In this document: positions 1 through 12,740 of the stretch, piece by piece
Layout of the letters: every line of letters begins with the position of its first letter
How positions within the stretch are numbered: the first letter of the stretch is position 1
Assembly: GCF_018977255.1 (NCBI RefSeq)
Contig: NW_024704761.1
Span: 1,240,001 to 1,304,000, forward strand
Reading direction: 5' to 3'
DNA: 64,000 nt
Origin: Callorhinchus milii
Taxonomy: Eukaryota
Translations under genes and position numbers: made by a program
The notes under the pieces: generated by a model
Seen by the model: only the letters and a program-made list of their open reading frames with translations
Databases searched by the model: none
What the model was told of the DNA's origin: nothing

Positions 1-1265
1 GTCCCCTCTGCTGTCTTGTGCTGGTGTACCTCCCAGCCCGGTTGGTAGCAACAACAACAACAATAACTTGCACTTATATAGTGCCCTCCACACAAGGTAG
101 CGTCTCAGAGCGTCTACTTAACAGTGGTGGAGCCTGACTCCAAGCCAAGGTGCGGGGGGGGGGCATGTGTCGGTGGGGGCTTGACCGTAAGCACGGTCAA
201 AGAGAAAGGTTTTCAGGCGGGACTTGAAAAAAGGGAGAGAGGGGGCAAAGTGGAGGTTAGAGTGATCCAGAGTTCTTGCCTCTGAGTCAGAAGGTTGTGG
301 GTCTAAGCCTAAAGTTGTGATTTTGAGCATACATTGTCCAGGCTGACTCTCCAAGTCTTGGGAGAGCGTCACATTGTTGGAGGCGTTGTCCTTCAGATGC
401 GACATGCCTGTTATAGCATAACATAACATAACATAACATGTAGGAGCAGGAGTAGGCCATTCGGCCCTTCGAGCCTGCCCCGCCATTCAGGTGCACATTA
501 AAGATCCCTTAGCACTACACAAAATCTACAGTCAATTCACTTTACAGTATATCCTGTGAAGCGTCTTGAGACGTCTCGAAGGCTTGATAAGGCGCTAAAT
601 CAAATGCAAGGAATATTATATATATATATATAAATATAGTCGAAAAGTGAAAGGTCAATTGGCTGCCGTGTTTTGCCCCAAAAATATGGTCAATTCACTT
701 TACAGTACTGTATAGTCTGTGAAGCTCTTTGAGACATCTCAAAGACATGATAAGGTACTCTATCAAATGCAAGGATTATAATTAATATTATTATTATTAT
801 GGCATCGTTTTTGAAGAGGAAACTAAGACTTTCGTCATTATCTGGCGGAAGCTCAAAGTTATTTTTCTCAACAAAATCATTTCTTGTCACCAGTTTCATG
901 AGATGGAGACCTGCCAAAGTAAATCTACACATTGCCAAGATCACGGAACAAAGTCTTACTATGGTAAAGAATATATCAATGGCTTTCTGTCTATCCATCG
1001 ATCTGCAACGTTGGCTTGACATTTATGTGAACATATTTTGAAAGCCACAAGAAAAACTTGGCAAGTGTTTCCAGCACATTAAACCATAAAAAGGATGGCA
1101 AAGAGGATCTTAAACTTTGCTGGGTGCAAAGTTGTGTGGGATTGTCATCAGTATCAGAGATTCCGGCACAGTTGACAATGGATGCTTAGTGTTTATTGTT
1201 TCCAACATAATGAACTCTGATCGCACAAGTGCAACCTTCAAGGTTAGATTAACCATTACGCTACC

Positions 1266-1580
1266 AGAAGTCGCATAGCGAAGTGGTTAGTGCTCTCGCC
1301 TCGCAAGCGAGAGGATACCTGATTCCCAGCAGGGCGAAATATTGGCAGGTTTCCTTACTCCATACGCCTCTTTTTATCTAGCAGTAAATAGGAACCCACC
1401 TGTTAGTCGATTGGCAGATCGCTTTTCCAGGTGTAATAATCCCTTCAAAAAAAAATTGGTCACTTCAATCCTCGACTGTTTGTGGGACGCTGCTGGGTAC
1501 AGTTGGCTGCCGCGTTTCACCTACAAAATATAATCAATTCACTTTACAGTATATTGTGTGAAGCACCTCGGGATGTCTTG
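1266..1580 (+). mobile_element. Older tRNA-derived Deu-SINE copy
   Basis: tRNA-like head (agtggttagtgctctcgcctcgcaagcgagag), then gtttccttactcca and the Deu core. Related long-variant copies lie at ~17008-17385(-), ~44105-44397(-) and ~61670-62033(+), and dozens of 3' fragments ending caaatgcaagg(att)n occur throughout the window. Confidence 0.75.
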
Positions 1581-1692
1581 GCTACGTGCTTTCAATCTCC
1601 CTGCTTCCTTCCCTGCCGTCCACCCACCCCCAATCTGCTGGCTAAACATCCTAAGGGCATTGCCTTTCTCATAATTCAGCTGGTTAACATTT

Positions 1693-2020
1693 AATAATAA
1701 TAATAATAATAATCCTTGCATTTGATATAGCGCTTTTCACGTCGGGAGGACGTCCCAAAGCGCTTCACAGAACACACTGTAAAGTGAATTGACTGTATAT
1801 TTGTGGGCGAACGCGGCAGCCAATTGCGCACAGCAATGTCCCACAAACAGTCGTAGATTGAAAATGACCAATTTAATTATTGTTTTTAGTTTTGGAGGGA
1901 TTATTATTAGGCTCTGTGTGGAGTAAGGAAACTTGCCCAAGGTTTCGCCCTCTGCCTGGAATTGAACTCAGGTCTCTCACTTGCAAAGCGAGTGCTCTAA
2001 CCACTGAGCTACAGGACTCC
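1693..2020 (-). mobile_element. Full-length young tRNA(Ala)-derived Deu-domain SINE
   Basis: Minus-strand head GGAGTCCTGTAGCTCAGTGGTTAGAGCACTCGCTTTGCAAG..GAGTTCAATTCC with A/B boxes and a TGC anticodon loop; Deu-type core TGCTGTGCGCAATTGGCTGCCGCGTT; (ATT)n tail. Confidence 0.85.
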
Positions 2021-2085
2021 ACATTTTACTCATGTAGGACAAGGGCAGGTTATACCAAGATTCTTCAGATAAACTTTTTATGGTG

Positions 2086-2198
2086 ATTGGCTGCTGAGTG
2101 TACGGCATTTTATCAAATATTATAAAGTTGTTAGTATTAACAACCTAGTAGCTGTTAGTCAACTGCGTAATTGATGGAGCAGTGCAGAGGATAAGAAG
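2086..2198 (+). promoter_or_regulatory. Candidate core promoter and non-coding first exon of CHST12-like copy 1 (duplicated at 7416-7528)
   Basis: tgATTGGct (reverse CCAAT) at 2086, TATAAA at 2121, donor AAG|gtcagt at 2199. The coding exon has an acceptor upstream of its ATG, so a 5'UTR exon is expected. Confidence 0.4.
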
Positions 2199-3282
2199 GT
2201 CAGTTGAATTTATTGTGGTTTTATTTAGGAGGTTTAGGTATACCTTTCGTACCTAACAGTATGAAAGGAGGCCATTCGACCCATTGTGTCTGTGCGTGTG
2301 CTCCCTCAACCACTGGAATTCTCTAACCTAATCCTAATCTTAATAATAATGTACCAAATAATAATAATAATTCAGTCACTCAATGCACGACTGTTTGTGA
2401 GACACTGCTGTGCGCAATTGGCTGCCGCATTTCACCCACAAAATATGCAGTTAATTCGCTTTAGCGTATATTCTGTGAAGCGCTTTGAGACGTTTCGAAA
2501 ACGTGATAAGGCGCTGTATCAAATGTAAGGATTATTATTGCCCTGTTCTAGCCCTGTTCCTTTTAATATTAGTTTTCCTGAAGTAGCAATGCAATTGCTT
2601 TGGAAATGCCATGATTGATTTGGCTTCAACAGTCACTTGTGGTAATTCCCTTGTGCTCACCACCGGCTGTGTAGACAACGCAATACGAATTATCCTTCTT
2701 TCAATCCACTTCAGAAAACAATTATAAAACAATTCGACCAGCCTCTACTTGTCATGATCCTTCAAAAAAGAGTTATACCGCCTTGTTATATTCTTACTCA
2801 ATTTATCATGCCAAAAGCATTGAGAATTGTGAAAACTTCTAGCAGATTACATACGCCCTTTCCTTCCCCTCCCTTTTCCATGTAACCTTCTCTGTTGCAG
2901 GGGAACCAGTGTTGTGACATTTTCTTGTAACAGGAAGGTGGAGACAATAAATAGTTTTAAATGTGACATAGAAGGACAAAGTTCTGCTTTTGACACGTAT
3001 GCCAAGAAAAGATGGTGATCTAGAAATGGAAACTGGAGAAGAAATATTTTCTTGTGATAGAGATCAATGACCTTCATGCTAAGTATGTGCTGATATGCAA
3101 AATACCCAATAAAGTAATCTGTAACCTAATGTGAATCCTCAGCACTTATATTGAAATGTAATCCTTTTATTTTTATGTACTGCCTTGTCTCAAAGCACCT
3201 CAGAGGATACATCGTAAAAGTGGTGTGATTCTATTTTTTAATTAGTTCTATAAATAAGGCCAAATGAAATTATAACAATAAT

Positions 3283-3420
3283 CCGTTCTGACGAAGAGTT
3301 GTGGACCCGAAACGTTGACTCACTTTCCTTTCTCCATGGATGCTGCCTGACCTGCTGAGTTTTCCCAGCTCTCTCTGTTTTTGTTTCAGATTCCAGCATC
3401 TGCAGTATTTCGTGTTTTGA
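3283..3420 (+). mobile_element. Penelope-like repeat end containing a minimal hammerhead-like core (duplicated at 8613-8750)
   Basis: ttCTGACGAagagttgtggacccGAAACgttga..gatgctgcctgacctgctgag..ttccagcatctgcagt. A related inverted fragment lies at 61327-61450. Confidence 0.55.
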
Positions 3421-4640
3421 TTATAATAATAATCCTTGCATTTGATATGGTACCTTTCACATGGATTTATTGTGAAGTGCAGTGATTGTATTTTGTAGGT
3501 AAATGCTGATTTGGGCGCAAACATGTCCCACACATGGCCATGATAATTTGGTCACTCAATCCATGACTGTTTGTGGGACCCCTGCTGTCTGCAATTGGCT
3601 GCTAGGTTTCACCCACAAAATATACAGTCAATTCACATTACAGTATATTATCTGAAGCGCATTGAGACATCTCGAAGACGTGATGGGCACTATATCAAAT
3701 GCAAGGATTATTATTATGAAACAAAGGACTAATTTTATTTAGAATATTGTTGGCCAGGACACTGGGAGAGGGAAACTCCCTTCTCTTTTCGAAAAGTGCC
3801 ACGGGATCTTTAACGTCCACCTGAACAGGCAGAAGGGACCTCAATCATTCTTCTAACACCGATGATTACCCTTGTTGCTCTCCTCTCCCTGAGACCTGGG
3901 AAGCCCCTCTTTGTCACAGTGACCGGAACTGTATGCAGTATTCAAAGTGTAGTCTGACCAGAGTCCATTACAGCTCATGTATGATGTCTGTGGAATCTAA
4001 TCTCAACGGATTTAGCAATATAACCCAGCATCCTGTTTGCCTTGTTTATTGACATCCAACTCTATCTCTATAAATCTATCTCTATTTCTCTGCCTCCATT
4101 CTCGATTCCGGGACCAGGACTGTCCTGACAGATTGTCTATCAAACGACCAGTACTGGATGACAGCTAACCTTCTCCAGTTGACAAGACAGAGGTACCTCC
4201 TGCTTGACCCCTGTCAACATCTTCTCACCTTCTCATCTCAGGCGCTGATAGCATCATTCTATACATATGCACTCTCACCCTTCCTGAGCCAGTACAGAAC
4301 TTCAGTGTCCTGTTTAACTCTCAACTGTCCTTTAAAACCCACATCTGTGCCTCGACCCATTCAGCCTTCACCCACGTCCACAACACTGCCCGCCTCTGCC
4401 ACTACCTCTTCCCTTGGGTCACTTACCCGTACTTTCATCACGTCCAGGCTTGCAAAGGCCAACACTCTGCTTCATTGGGAAGACGGAGACAATTTGCAAC
4501 TCTTCCCTTCACAAGCTGCATATTATTCAGAACTCCTGAATTTAGAGTATTAACATTCTCACATATTAAAAATGTTTCAGGTTAAATCCATTGGAATTTA
4601 GACCCTAGTGTTTGGGAACCTCAGGGAACTTCTGAACATA

Positions 4641-5657
4641 ATGGTTCGACTCCATGTCTTCTGGGCTTCTGCTGGGCTGTTGATTGTCCAGGCATTGATC
4701 ATTCTTTACTGGTGCCAGAGGCAAAACACTCCCGCCTGGAAACCTGTGATGCCAAGCCATTCCGGTTCCCTGCAGCTCACCCATCCCACCCACAGTCGCC
4801 TAAGCATGTTACAGATCCAAGAGGAGAGGAAACTGAGAATTCGTGAAGTTTGTGCAGATCCCGGCATTACTTTCCCAGGGAAAACCTGGTCTTACGATGA
4901 CATTCCGGAGAGAGAGTTTCAAACTTTCTTTGCAATCGACCAGAGGAAGATCGCTTACTGTGCAGTTGCCAAAGTCGCTTGCACCAACTGGAAGCGAGTC
5001 CTTGCAGCCCTCAACGTGCACAAAGATCCCAATAAAGTTTCCACCGGCTTCGGGCATTCTTACTTTGACAAATGGAAAAAAGGCAAACATCTCAGTAGCT
5101 TCATGAAGCCTCGCCTCAAATCGTACAGGTCGTTTTTGTTCATCCGCCACCCATTTGTGCGACTGATTTCTCTGTTCCGAAATAAGTTCGAGTCACCCAA
5201 TTCGTACCTCTTTAACTACGCCGTCAAAATGGTTATGTTATACAACAACGTCTCCCAGGCCCCAGAGAGCAGTGAGAAAATGTTTGCGGATGGAATCAAT
5301 CCAACTTTCACTCACTTCATTCAGTACTTGTTGGACCCAAAGAATGAGAGAGGATTTACTAACATCCACTGGCGACCGTTTCACCAAACCTGTCACCCTT
5401 GTCAGATAGACTACGACTTCATTGGAAAGATGGAGACTATGGATGAGGACAACAGTTATTTACTTAACTTTCTAAACATTGAAACGATTTTCCACTTCCC
5501 ATCAAAATATACTAATCAGAGCACCACTGCCCTCATAAACAAATATTTTGCTACTGTGCCAATAAGTTGGAGGAAAAAGCTCTATCTACTTTACGAACCA
5601 GATTTTCTACTCTTTGGGTATCCAAAACCCAACTACCTGTTTGATGAGGGAGAATAA
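4641..5657 (+). CDS. CHST12: Carbohydrate sulfotransferase 12-like (chondroitin/dermatan 4-O-sulfotransferase, Sulfotransfer_2/HNK-1ST family), copy 1, 338 aa
   Basis: First ATG at 4641, after acceptor tttcag (4579-4580). N-terminal type II TM anchor ending IILYW. CHST12-type CADPGITFPGK..DDIP, 5'-PSB YCAVAKVACTNWKRV, 3'-PB FIRHPFVRLISLFRNKF, HW..CHPCQIDYDFIGKMET and C-terminal LYEPDFLLFGYPKP. Coding region is intronless as in CHST12. Probably a paralog rather than the 1:1 ortholog. Confidence 0.88.
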   Translation: MVRLHVFWASAGLLIVQALIILYWCQRQNTPAWKPVMPSHSGSLQLTHPTHSRLSMLQIQEERKLRIREVCADPGITFPGKTWSYDDIPEREFQTFFAIDQRKIAYCAVAKVACTNWKRVLAALNVHKDPNKVSTGFGHSYFDKWKKGKHLSSFMKPRLKSYRSFLFIRHPFVRLISLFRNKFESPNSYLFNYAVKMVMLYNNVSQAPESSEKMFADGINPTFTHFIQYLLDPKNERGFTNIHWRPFHQTCHPCQIDYDFIGKMETMDEDNSYLLNFLNIETIFHFPSKYTNQSTTALINKYFATVPISWRKKLYLLYEPDFLLFGYPKPNYLFDEGE

Positions 5658-6099
5658 CACAGATATAGGTGTTATAATCCTTAACCTCTTTGATAGAGAG
5701 ACTATAACCTCCGCAACATCGTCCGGCTCCACCACTGTCTCACACCGCAGACCGCCGAAACCCTCATAACATCCAGACTTGACTATGCAAACTCCCTGCT
5801 TATCAGCCATCGCAACTCCTCCCTCCACAGACTGCAGACATATTGGTCGACTATTGTCGGGCCCCACCGCCCCACTGTTTATTAATGTCGTTACCCACAG
5901 TGACAATTTTATCCTAGAATATTGTGTTGTTCACGTGTGTGTTAATCAAACTCGGGCCATCCATGTTAATAATAATAATCCTTGCATTTGATATAGCGCT
6001 TTTCACGTCGGGAGGACGTCCCAAAGCGCTTCACAGAACACACTGTAAAGTGAATTGACTGTATATTTGTACTACATTCCTCCTGGCTGGCTCGCCAAC

Positions 6100-6538
6100 T
6101 GTAAACAGCCACTGCTGAATCGATACACACACACAGATCTGAACACCGTTTTGATAGTATAAGTAAATTTAATCAAAATAACTGGTTGTGACTGACATCA
6201 CGAATGTTGAAAGACTCATAAGGGTGAGTGATTGGTTATACCTTAAGGGTTAAATGAACATTAGACATTAAACTAAACAGATAATAGATCAAATGCCTTC
6301 CCGTAGTTGGTCGCAAACTAACCCCGAATACAGTTCGATAAATCATAAGTTTGAATCACATAACATCAAAGGTTTTAAGTGAAAGAGGGCGCGTTATGCA
6401 TGGATGTGTGGAAGTGCAAAACTATACTACCGGTAACTAGCAGTCAACCACCCTGGTCGGTAGAACAGGTTTGCTGGGAAAGGAGACTGGATCAGCGGTT
6501 AAATCCGACTGGTTTCTGGAGTCTGTGACAAGGCTTTG

Positions 6539-6570
<32 letters not shown>

Positions 6571-7320
6571 GCTGCCCCTGCCTCCCTCTGGTGTGTCTGT
6601 GCCATTCTGCCTTAGTCGATCTTTCCCCTGAAGTCTGCAGTCCGGAGTTCTCCGGTGATCAGCACGATCGACTGGAAAAGCTGCCGGTTTGCTGGTCTCT
6701 GAGTTTTAACTCGGAGTCCGTGTGGTTCTCCCTCCTTCAGCCCTCCTGCTCGTCCTCCGAGGAGTCCTTCTCAATCTTGAGTTTCTGTGGTTTCAGTCGG
6801 AGAGGTCAGCGCTTCGCAAGGGCGGCCACAGAGCCTCCTCCTCTGTTCTCTCCCCGATCCGAGACAATTTCACTCAGTTTCTGAAAGTGTTGACTCTTAT
6901 AGTCACATCACCTTTTGACGGTTACCTTCCTTCAGATCTGCTCATCTTAACCTGCACCTGGTGTTCATTATATCGTTGCCCCTCAGTGATGAGTTCTCAC
7001 ACATTCCTTCGCCCCTCGTGACTTCTTCTCCTGGCTCTTAATCTCCTTGTCCCAGTCTCGCTGTCCTGGCCTTGAAACTGTTTTCTGACATTCTGGAAAA
7101 TGTCACTTGCTCTAACTTCTTTGAGAGCTCTAAACCAGTTTGTACCAGCCTGCTGACCGCTAGGTTAAATTTACTGCTGACTTCAGGGGTTTCATAGGTC
7201 ATTCAATTGCCCATTTTCCTTATTAAACAACACCGAGTACATTACCCATAATCATATGAATCAACACTTATAGTCATGATCATACATAACATAATCCTCC
7301 ATAACTAATCATTATTTACA
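6100..7320 (-). mobile_element. Solo LTR-like element inserted in an L2 fragment (unit 1)
   Basis: Termini TGTAAA...TTTACA. On minus, TATAAG at ~6900 and ATTAAA at ~6170. The two flanks are colinear L2 3' sequence. No clear TSD; ~37 bp of L2 is missing relative to the copy at 20280-20400. Confidence 0.6.
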
Positions 7321-9970
7321 AGCCTGTGTCTCTCCCGCACCAGGCTCCGTGACACAATCACCCCGTCCTCTCCCAACTCCACTGGCTTCCCATCACACAG
7401 AGGATACATAACATAATTGGCTGCTGAGTGTACGGCATTTTATCAAATATTATAAAGTTGTTAGTATTAACAACCTAGTAGCTGTTAGTCAACTGCGTAA
7501 TTGATGGAGCAGTGCAGAGGATAAGAAGGTCAGTTGAATTTATTGTGGTTTTATTTAGGAGGTTTAGGTATACCTTTCGTACCTAACAGTATGAAAGGAG
7601 GCCATTCGACCCATTGTGTCTGTGCGTGTGCTCCCTCAACCACTGGAATTCTCTAACCTAATCCTAATCTTAATAATAATGTACCAAATAATAATAATAA
7701 TTCAGTCACTCAATGCACGACTGTTTGTGAGACACTGCTGTGCGCAATTGGCTGCCGCATTTCACCCACAAAATATGCAGTTAATTCGCTTTAGCGTATA
7801 TTCTGTGAAGCGCTTTGAGACGTTTCGAAAACGTGATAAGGCGCTGTATCAAATGTAAGGATTATTATTGCCCTGTTCTAGCCCTGTTCCTTTTAATATT
7901 AGTTTTCCTGAAGTAGCAATGCAATTGCTTTGGAAATGCCATGATTGATTTGGCTTCAACAGTCACTTGTGGTAATTCCCTTGTGCTCACCACCGGCTGT
8001 GTAGACAACGCAATACGAATTATCCTTCTTTCAATCCACTTCAGAAAACAATTATAAAACAATTCGACCAGCCTCTACTTGTCATGATCCTTCAAAAAAG
8101 AGTTATACCGCCTTGTTATATTCTTACTCAATTTATCATGCCAAAAGCATTGAGAATTGTGAAAACTTCTAGCAGATTACATACGCCCTTTCCTTCCCCT
8201 CCCTTTTCCATGTAACCTTCTCTGTTGCAGGGGAACCAGTGTTGTGACATTTTCTTGTAACAGGAAGGTGGAGACAATAAATAGTTTTAAATGTGACATA
8301 GAAGGACAAAGTTCTGCTTTTGACACGTATGCCAAGAAAAGATGGTGATCTAGAAATGGAAACTGGAGAAGAAATATTTTCTTGTGATAGAGATCAATGA
8401 CCTTCATGCTAAGTATGTGCTGATATGCAAAATACCCAATAAAGTAATCTGTAACCTAATGTGAATCCTCTGCACTTATATTGAAATGTAATCCTTTTAT
8501 TTTTATGTACTGCCTTGTCTCAAAGCACCTCAGAGGATACATCGTAAAAGTGGTGTGATTCTATTTTTTAATTAGTTCTATAAATAAGGCCAAATGAAAT
8601 TATAACAATAATCCGTTCTGACGAAGAGTTGTGGACCCGAAACGTTGACTCACTTTCCTTTCTCCATGGATGCTGCCTGACCTGCTGAGTTTTCCCAGCT
8701 CTCTCTGTTTTTGTTTCAGATTCCAGCATCTGCAGTATTTCGTGTTTTGATTATAATAATAATCCTTGCATTTGATATGGTACCTTTCACATGGATTTAT
8801 TGTGAAGTGCAGTGATTGTATTTTGTAGGTAAATGCTGATTTGGGCGCAAACATGTCCCACACATGGCCATGATAATTTGGTCACTCAATCCATGACTGT
8901 TTGTGGGACCCCTGCTGTCTGCAATTGGCTGCTAGGTTTCACCCACAAAATATACAGTCAATTCACATTACAGTATATTATCTGAAGCGCATTGAGACAT
9001 CTCGAAGACGTGATGGGCACTATATCAAATGCAAGGATTATTATTATGAAACAAAAGACTAATTTTATTTAGAATATTGTTGGCCAGGACACTGGGAGAG
9101 GGAAACTCCCTTCTCTTTTCGAAAAGTGCCACGGGATCTTTAACGTCCACCTGAACAGGCAGAAGGGACCTCAGTCATTCTTCTAACACCGATGATTACC
9201 CTTGTTGCTCTCCTCTCCCTGAGACCTGGGAAGCCCCTCTTTGTCACAGTGACCGGAACTGTATGCAGTATTCAAAGTGTAGTCTGACCAGAGTCCATTA
9301 CAGCTCATGTATGATGTCTGTGGAATCTAATCTCAACGGATTTAGCAATATAACCCAGCATCCTGTTTGCCTTGTTTATTGACATCCAACTCTATCTCTA
9401 TAAATCTATCTCTATTTCTCTGCCTCCATTCTCGATTCCGGGACCAGGACTGTCCTGACAGATTGTCTATCAAACGACCAGTACTGGATGACAGCTAACC
9501 TTCTCCAGTTGACAAGACAGAGGTACCTCCTGCTTGACCCCTGTCAGCATCTTCTCACCTTCTCATCTCAGGCGCTGATAACATCATTCTATACATATGC
9601 ACTCTCACCCTTCCTGAGCCAGTACAGAACTTCAGTGTCCTGTTTAACTCTCAACTGTCCTTTAAAACCCACATCTGTGCCTCGACCCATTCAGCCTTCA
9701 CCCACGTCCACAACACTGCCCGCCTCTGCCACTACCTCTTCCCTTGGGTCACTTACCCGTACTTTCATCACGTCCAGGCTTGCAAAGGCCAACACTCTGC
9801 TTCATTGGGAAGACGGAGACAATTTGCAACTCTTCCCTTCACAAGCTGCATATTATTCAGAACTCCTGAATTTGGAGTATTAACATTCTCACATATTAAA
9901 AATGTTTCAGGTTAAATCCATTGGAATTTAGACCCTAGTGTTTGGGAACCTCAGGGAACTTCTGAACATA

Positions 9971-10987
9971 ATGGTTCGACTCCATGTCTTCTGGGCTTCT
10001 GCTGGGCTGTTGATTGTCCAGGCATTGATCATTCTTTACTGGTGCCAGAGGCAAAACACTCCCGCCTGGAAACCTGTGATGCCAAGCCATTCCGGTTCCC
10101 TGCAGCTCACCCATCCCACCCACAGTCGCCTAAGCATGTTACAGATCCAAGAGGAGAGGAAACTGAGAATTCGTGAAGTTTGTGCAGATCCCGGCATTAC
10201 TTTCCCAGGGAAAACCTGGTCTTACGATGACATTCCGGAGAGAGAGTTTCAAACTTTCTTTGCAATCGACCAGAGGAAGATCGCTTACTGTGCAGTTGCC
10301 AAAGTCGCTTGCACCAACTGGAAGCGAGTCCTTGCAGCCCTCAACGTGCACAAAGATCCCAATAAAGTTTCCACCGGCTTCGGGCATTCTTACTTTGACA
10401 AATGGAAAAAAGGCAAACATCTCAGTAGCTTCATGAAGCCTCGCCTCAAATCGTACAGGTCGTTTTTGTTCATCCGCCACCCATTTGTGCGACTGATTTC
10501 TCTGTTCCGAAATAAGTTCGAGTCACCCAATTCGTACCTCTTTAACTACGCCGTCAAAATGGTTATGTTATACAACAACGTCTCCCAGGCCCCAGAGAGC
10601 AGTGAGAAAATGTTTGCGGATGGAATCAATCCAACTTTCACTCACTTCATTCAGTACTTGTTGGACCCAAAGAATGAGAGAGGATTTACTAACATCCACT
10701 GGCGACCGTTTCACCAAACCTGTCACCCTTGTCAGATAGACTACGACTTCATTGGAAAGATGGAGACTATGGATGAGGACAACAGTTATTTACTTAACTT
10801 TCTAAACATTGAAACGATTTTCCACTTCCCATCAAAATATACTAATCAGAGCACCACTGCCCTCATAAACAAATATTTTGCTACTGTGCCAATAAGTTGG
10901 AGGAAAAAGCTCTATCTACTTTACGAACCAGATTTTCTACTCTTTGGGTATCCAAAACCCAACTACCTGTTTGATGAGGGAGAATAA
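9971..10987 (+). CDS. CHST12: Carbohydrate sulfotransferase 12-like, copy 2 (protein identical to copy 1)
   Basis: Same ORF as 4641-5657 shifted by 5330 bp; the translation in the ORF track is identical. Confidence 0.85.
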   Translation: MVRLHVFWASAGLLIVQALIILYWCQRQNTPAWKPVMPSHSGSLQLTHPTHSRLSMLQIQEERKLRIREVCADPGITFPGKTWSYDDIPEREFQTFFAIDQRKIAYCAVAKVACTNWKRVLAALNVHKDPNKVSTGFGHSYFDKWKKGKHLSSFMKPRLKSYRSFLFIRHPFVRLISLFRNKFESPNSYLFNYAVKMVMLYNNVSQAPESSEKMFADGINPTFTHFIQYLLDPKNERGFTNIHWRPFHQTCHPCQIDYDFIGKMETMDEDNSYLLNFLNIETIFHFPSKYTNQSTTALINKYFATVPISWRKKLYLLYEPDFLLFGYPKPNYLFDEGE

Positions 10988-11430
10988 CACAGATATAGGT
11001 GTTATAATCCTTAACCTCTTTGATAGAGAGACTATAACCTCCGCAACATCGTCCGGCTCCACCACTGTCTCACACCGCAGACCGCCGAAACCCTCATAAC
11101 ATCCAGACTTGACTATGCAAACTCCCTGCTTATCAGCCATCGCAACTCCTCCCTCCACAGACTGCAGACATATTGGTCGACTATTGTCGGGCCCCACCGC
11201 CCCCACTGTTTATTAATGTCGTTACCCACAGTGACAATTTTATCCTAGAATATTGTGTTGTTCACGTGTGTGTTAATCAAACTCGGGCCATCCATGTTAA
11301 TAATAATAATCCTTGCATTTGATATAGCGCTTTTCACGTCGGGAGGACGTCCCAAAGCGCTTCACAGAACACACTGTAAAGTGAATTGACTGTATATTTG
11401 TACTACATTCCTCCTGGCTGGCTCGCCAAC

Positions 11431-11869
11431 TGTAAACAGCCACTGCTGAATCGATACACACACACAGATCTGAACACCGTTTTGATAGTATAAGTAAATT
11501 TAATCAAAATAACTGGTTGTGACTGACATCACGAATGTTGAAAGACTCACAAGGGTGAGTGATTGGTTATACCTTAAGGGTTAAATGAACATTAGACATT
11601 AAACTAAACAGATAATAGATCAAATGCCTTCCCGTAGTTGGTCGCAAACTAACCCCGAATACAGTTCGATAAATCATAAGTTTGAATCACATAACATCAA
11701 AGGTTTTAAGTGAAAGAGGGCGCGTTATGCATGGATGTGTGGAAGTGCAAAACTATACTACCGGTAACTAGCAGTCAACCACCCTGGTCGGTAGAACAGG
11801 TTTGCTGGGAAAGGAGACTGGATCAGCGGTTAAATCCGACTGGTTTCTGGAGTCTGTGACAAGGCTTTG

Positions 11870-11904
<35 letters not shown>

Positions 11905-12653
11905 CTGCCCCTGCCTCCCTCTGGTGTGTCTGTGCCATTCTGCCTTAGTCGATCTTTCCCCTGAAGTCTGCAGTCCGGAGTTCTCCGGTGATCAGCACGA
12001 TCGACTGGAAAAGCTGCCGGTTTGCTGGTCTCTGAGTTTTAACTCGGAGTCCGTGTGGTTCTCCCTCCTTCAGCCCTCCTGCTCGTCCTCCGAGGAGTCC
12101 TTCTCAATCTTGAGTTTCTGTGGTTTCAGTCGGAGAGGTCAGCGCTTCGCAAGGGCGGCCACAGAGCCTCCTCCTCTGTTCTCTCCCCGATCCGAGACAA
12201 TTTCACTCAGTTTCTGAAAGTGTTGACTCTTATAGTCACATCACCTTTTGACGGTTACCTTCCTTCAGATCTGCTCATCTTAACCTGCACCTGGTGTTCA
12301 TTATATCGTTGCCCCTCAGTGATGAGTTCTCACACATTCCTTCGCCCCTCGTGACTTCTTCTCCTGGCTCTTAATCTCCTTGTCCCAGTCTCGCTGTCCT
12401 GGCCTTGAAACTGTTTTCTGACATTCTGGAAAATGTCACTTGCTCTAACTTCTTTGAGAGCTCTAAACCAGTTTGTACCAGCCTGCTGACCGCTAGGTTA
12501 AATTTACTGCTGACTTCAGGGGTTTCATAGGTCATTCAATTGCCCATTTTCCTTATTAAACAACACTGAGTACATTACCCATAATCATATGAATCAACAC
12601 TTATAGTCATGATCATACATAACATAATCCTCCATAACTAATCATTATTTACA
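11431..12653 (-). mobile_element. Solo LTR-like element (unit 2 copy)
   Basis: Duplicate of 6100-7320. Confidence 0.6.
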
Positions 12654-12740
12654 AGCCTGTGTCTCTCCCGCACCAGGCTCCGTGACACAATCACCCCGTC
12701 CTCTCCCAACTCCACTGGCTTCCCATCACACAGAGGATAC

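Noticed and set aside
690-1041. Overlapping ORFs with an acceptor-like site at ~911 on minus
   Set aside because: No recognisable domain or partner exons; the ORF runs into a SINE tail.
1940-2020. tRNA-Ala-like sequence (also ~16540-16613)
   Set aside because: It is the head of a SINE, continuous with the Deu core and (ATT)n tail, not a tRNA gene.
4608-4640. ORF-track start of the sulfotransferase at a GTG codon
   Set aside because: Eukaryotic gene; the ATG at 4641 aligns with the start and TM position of copy 3.
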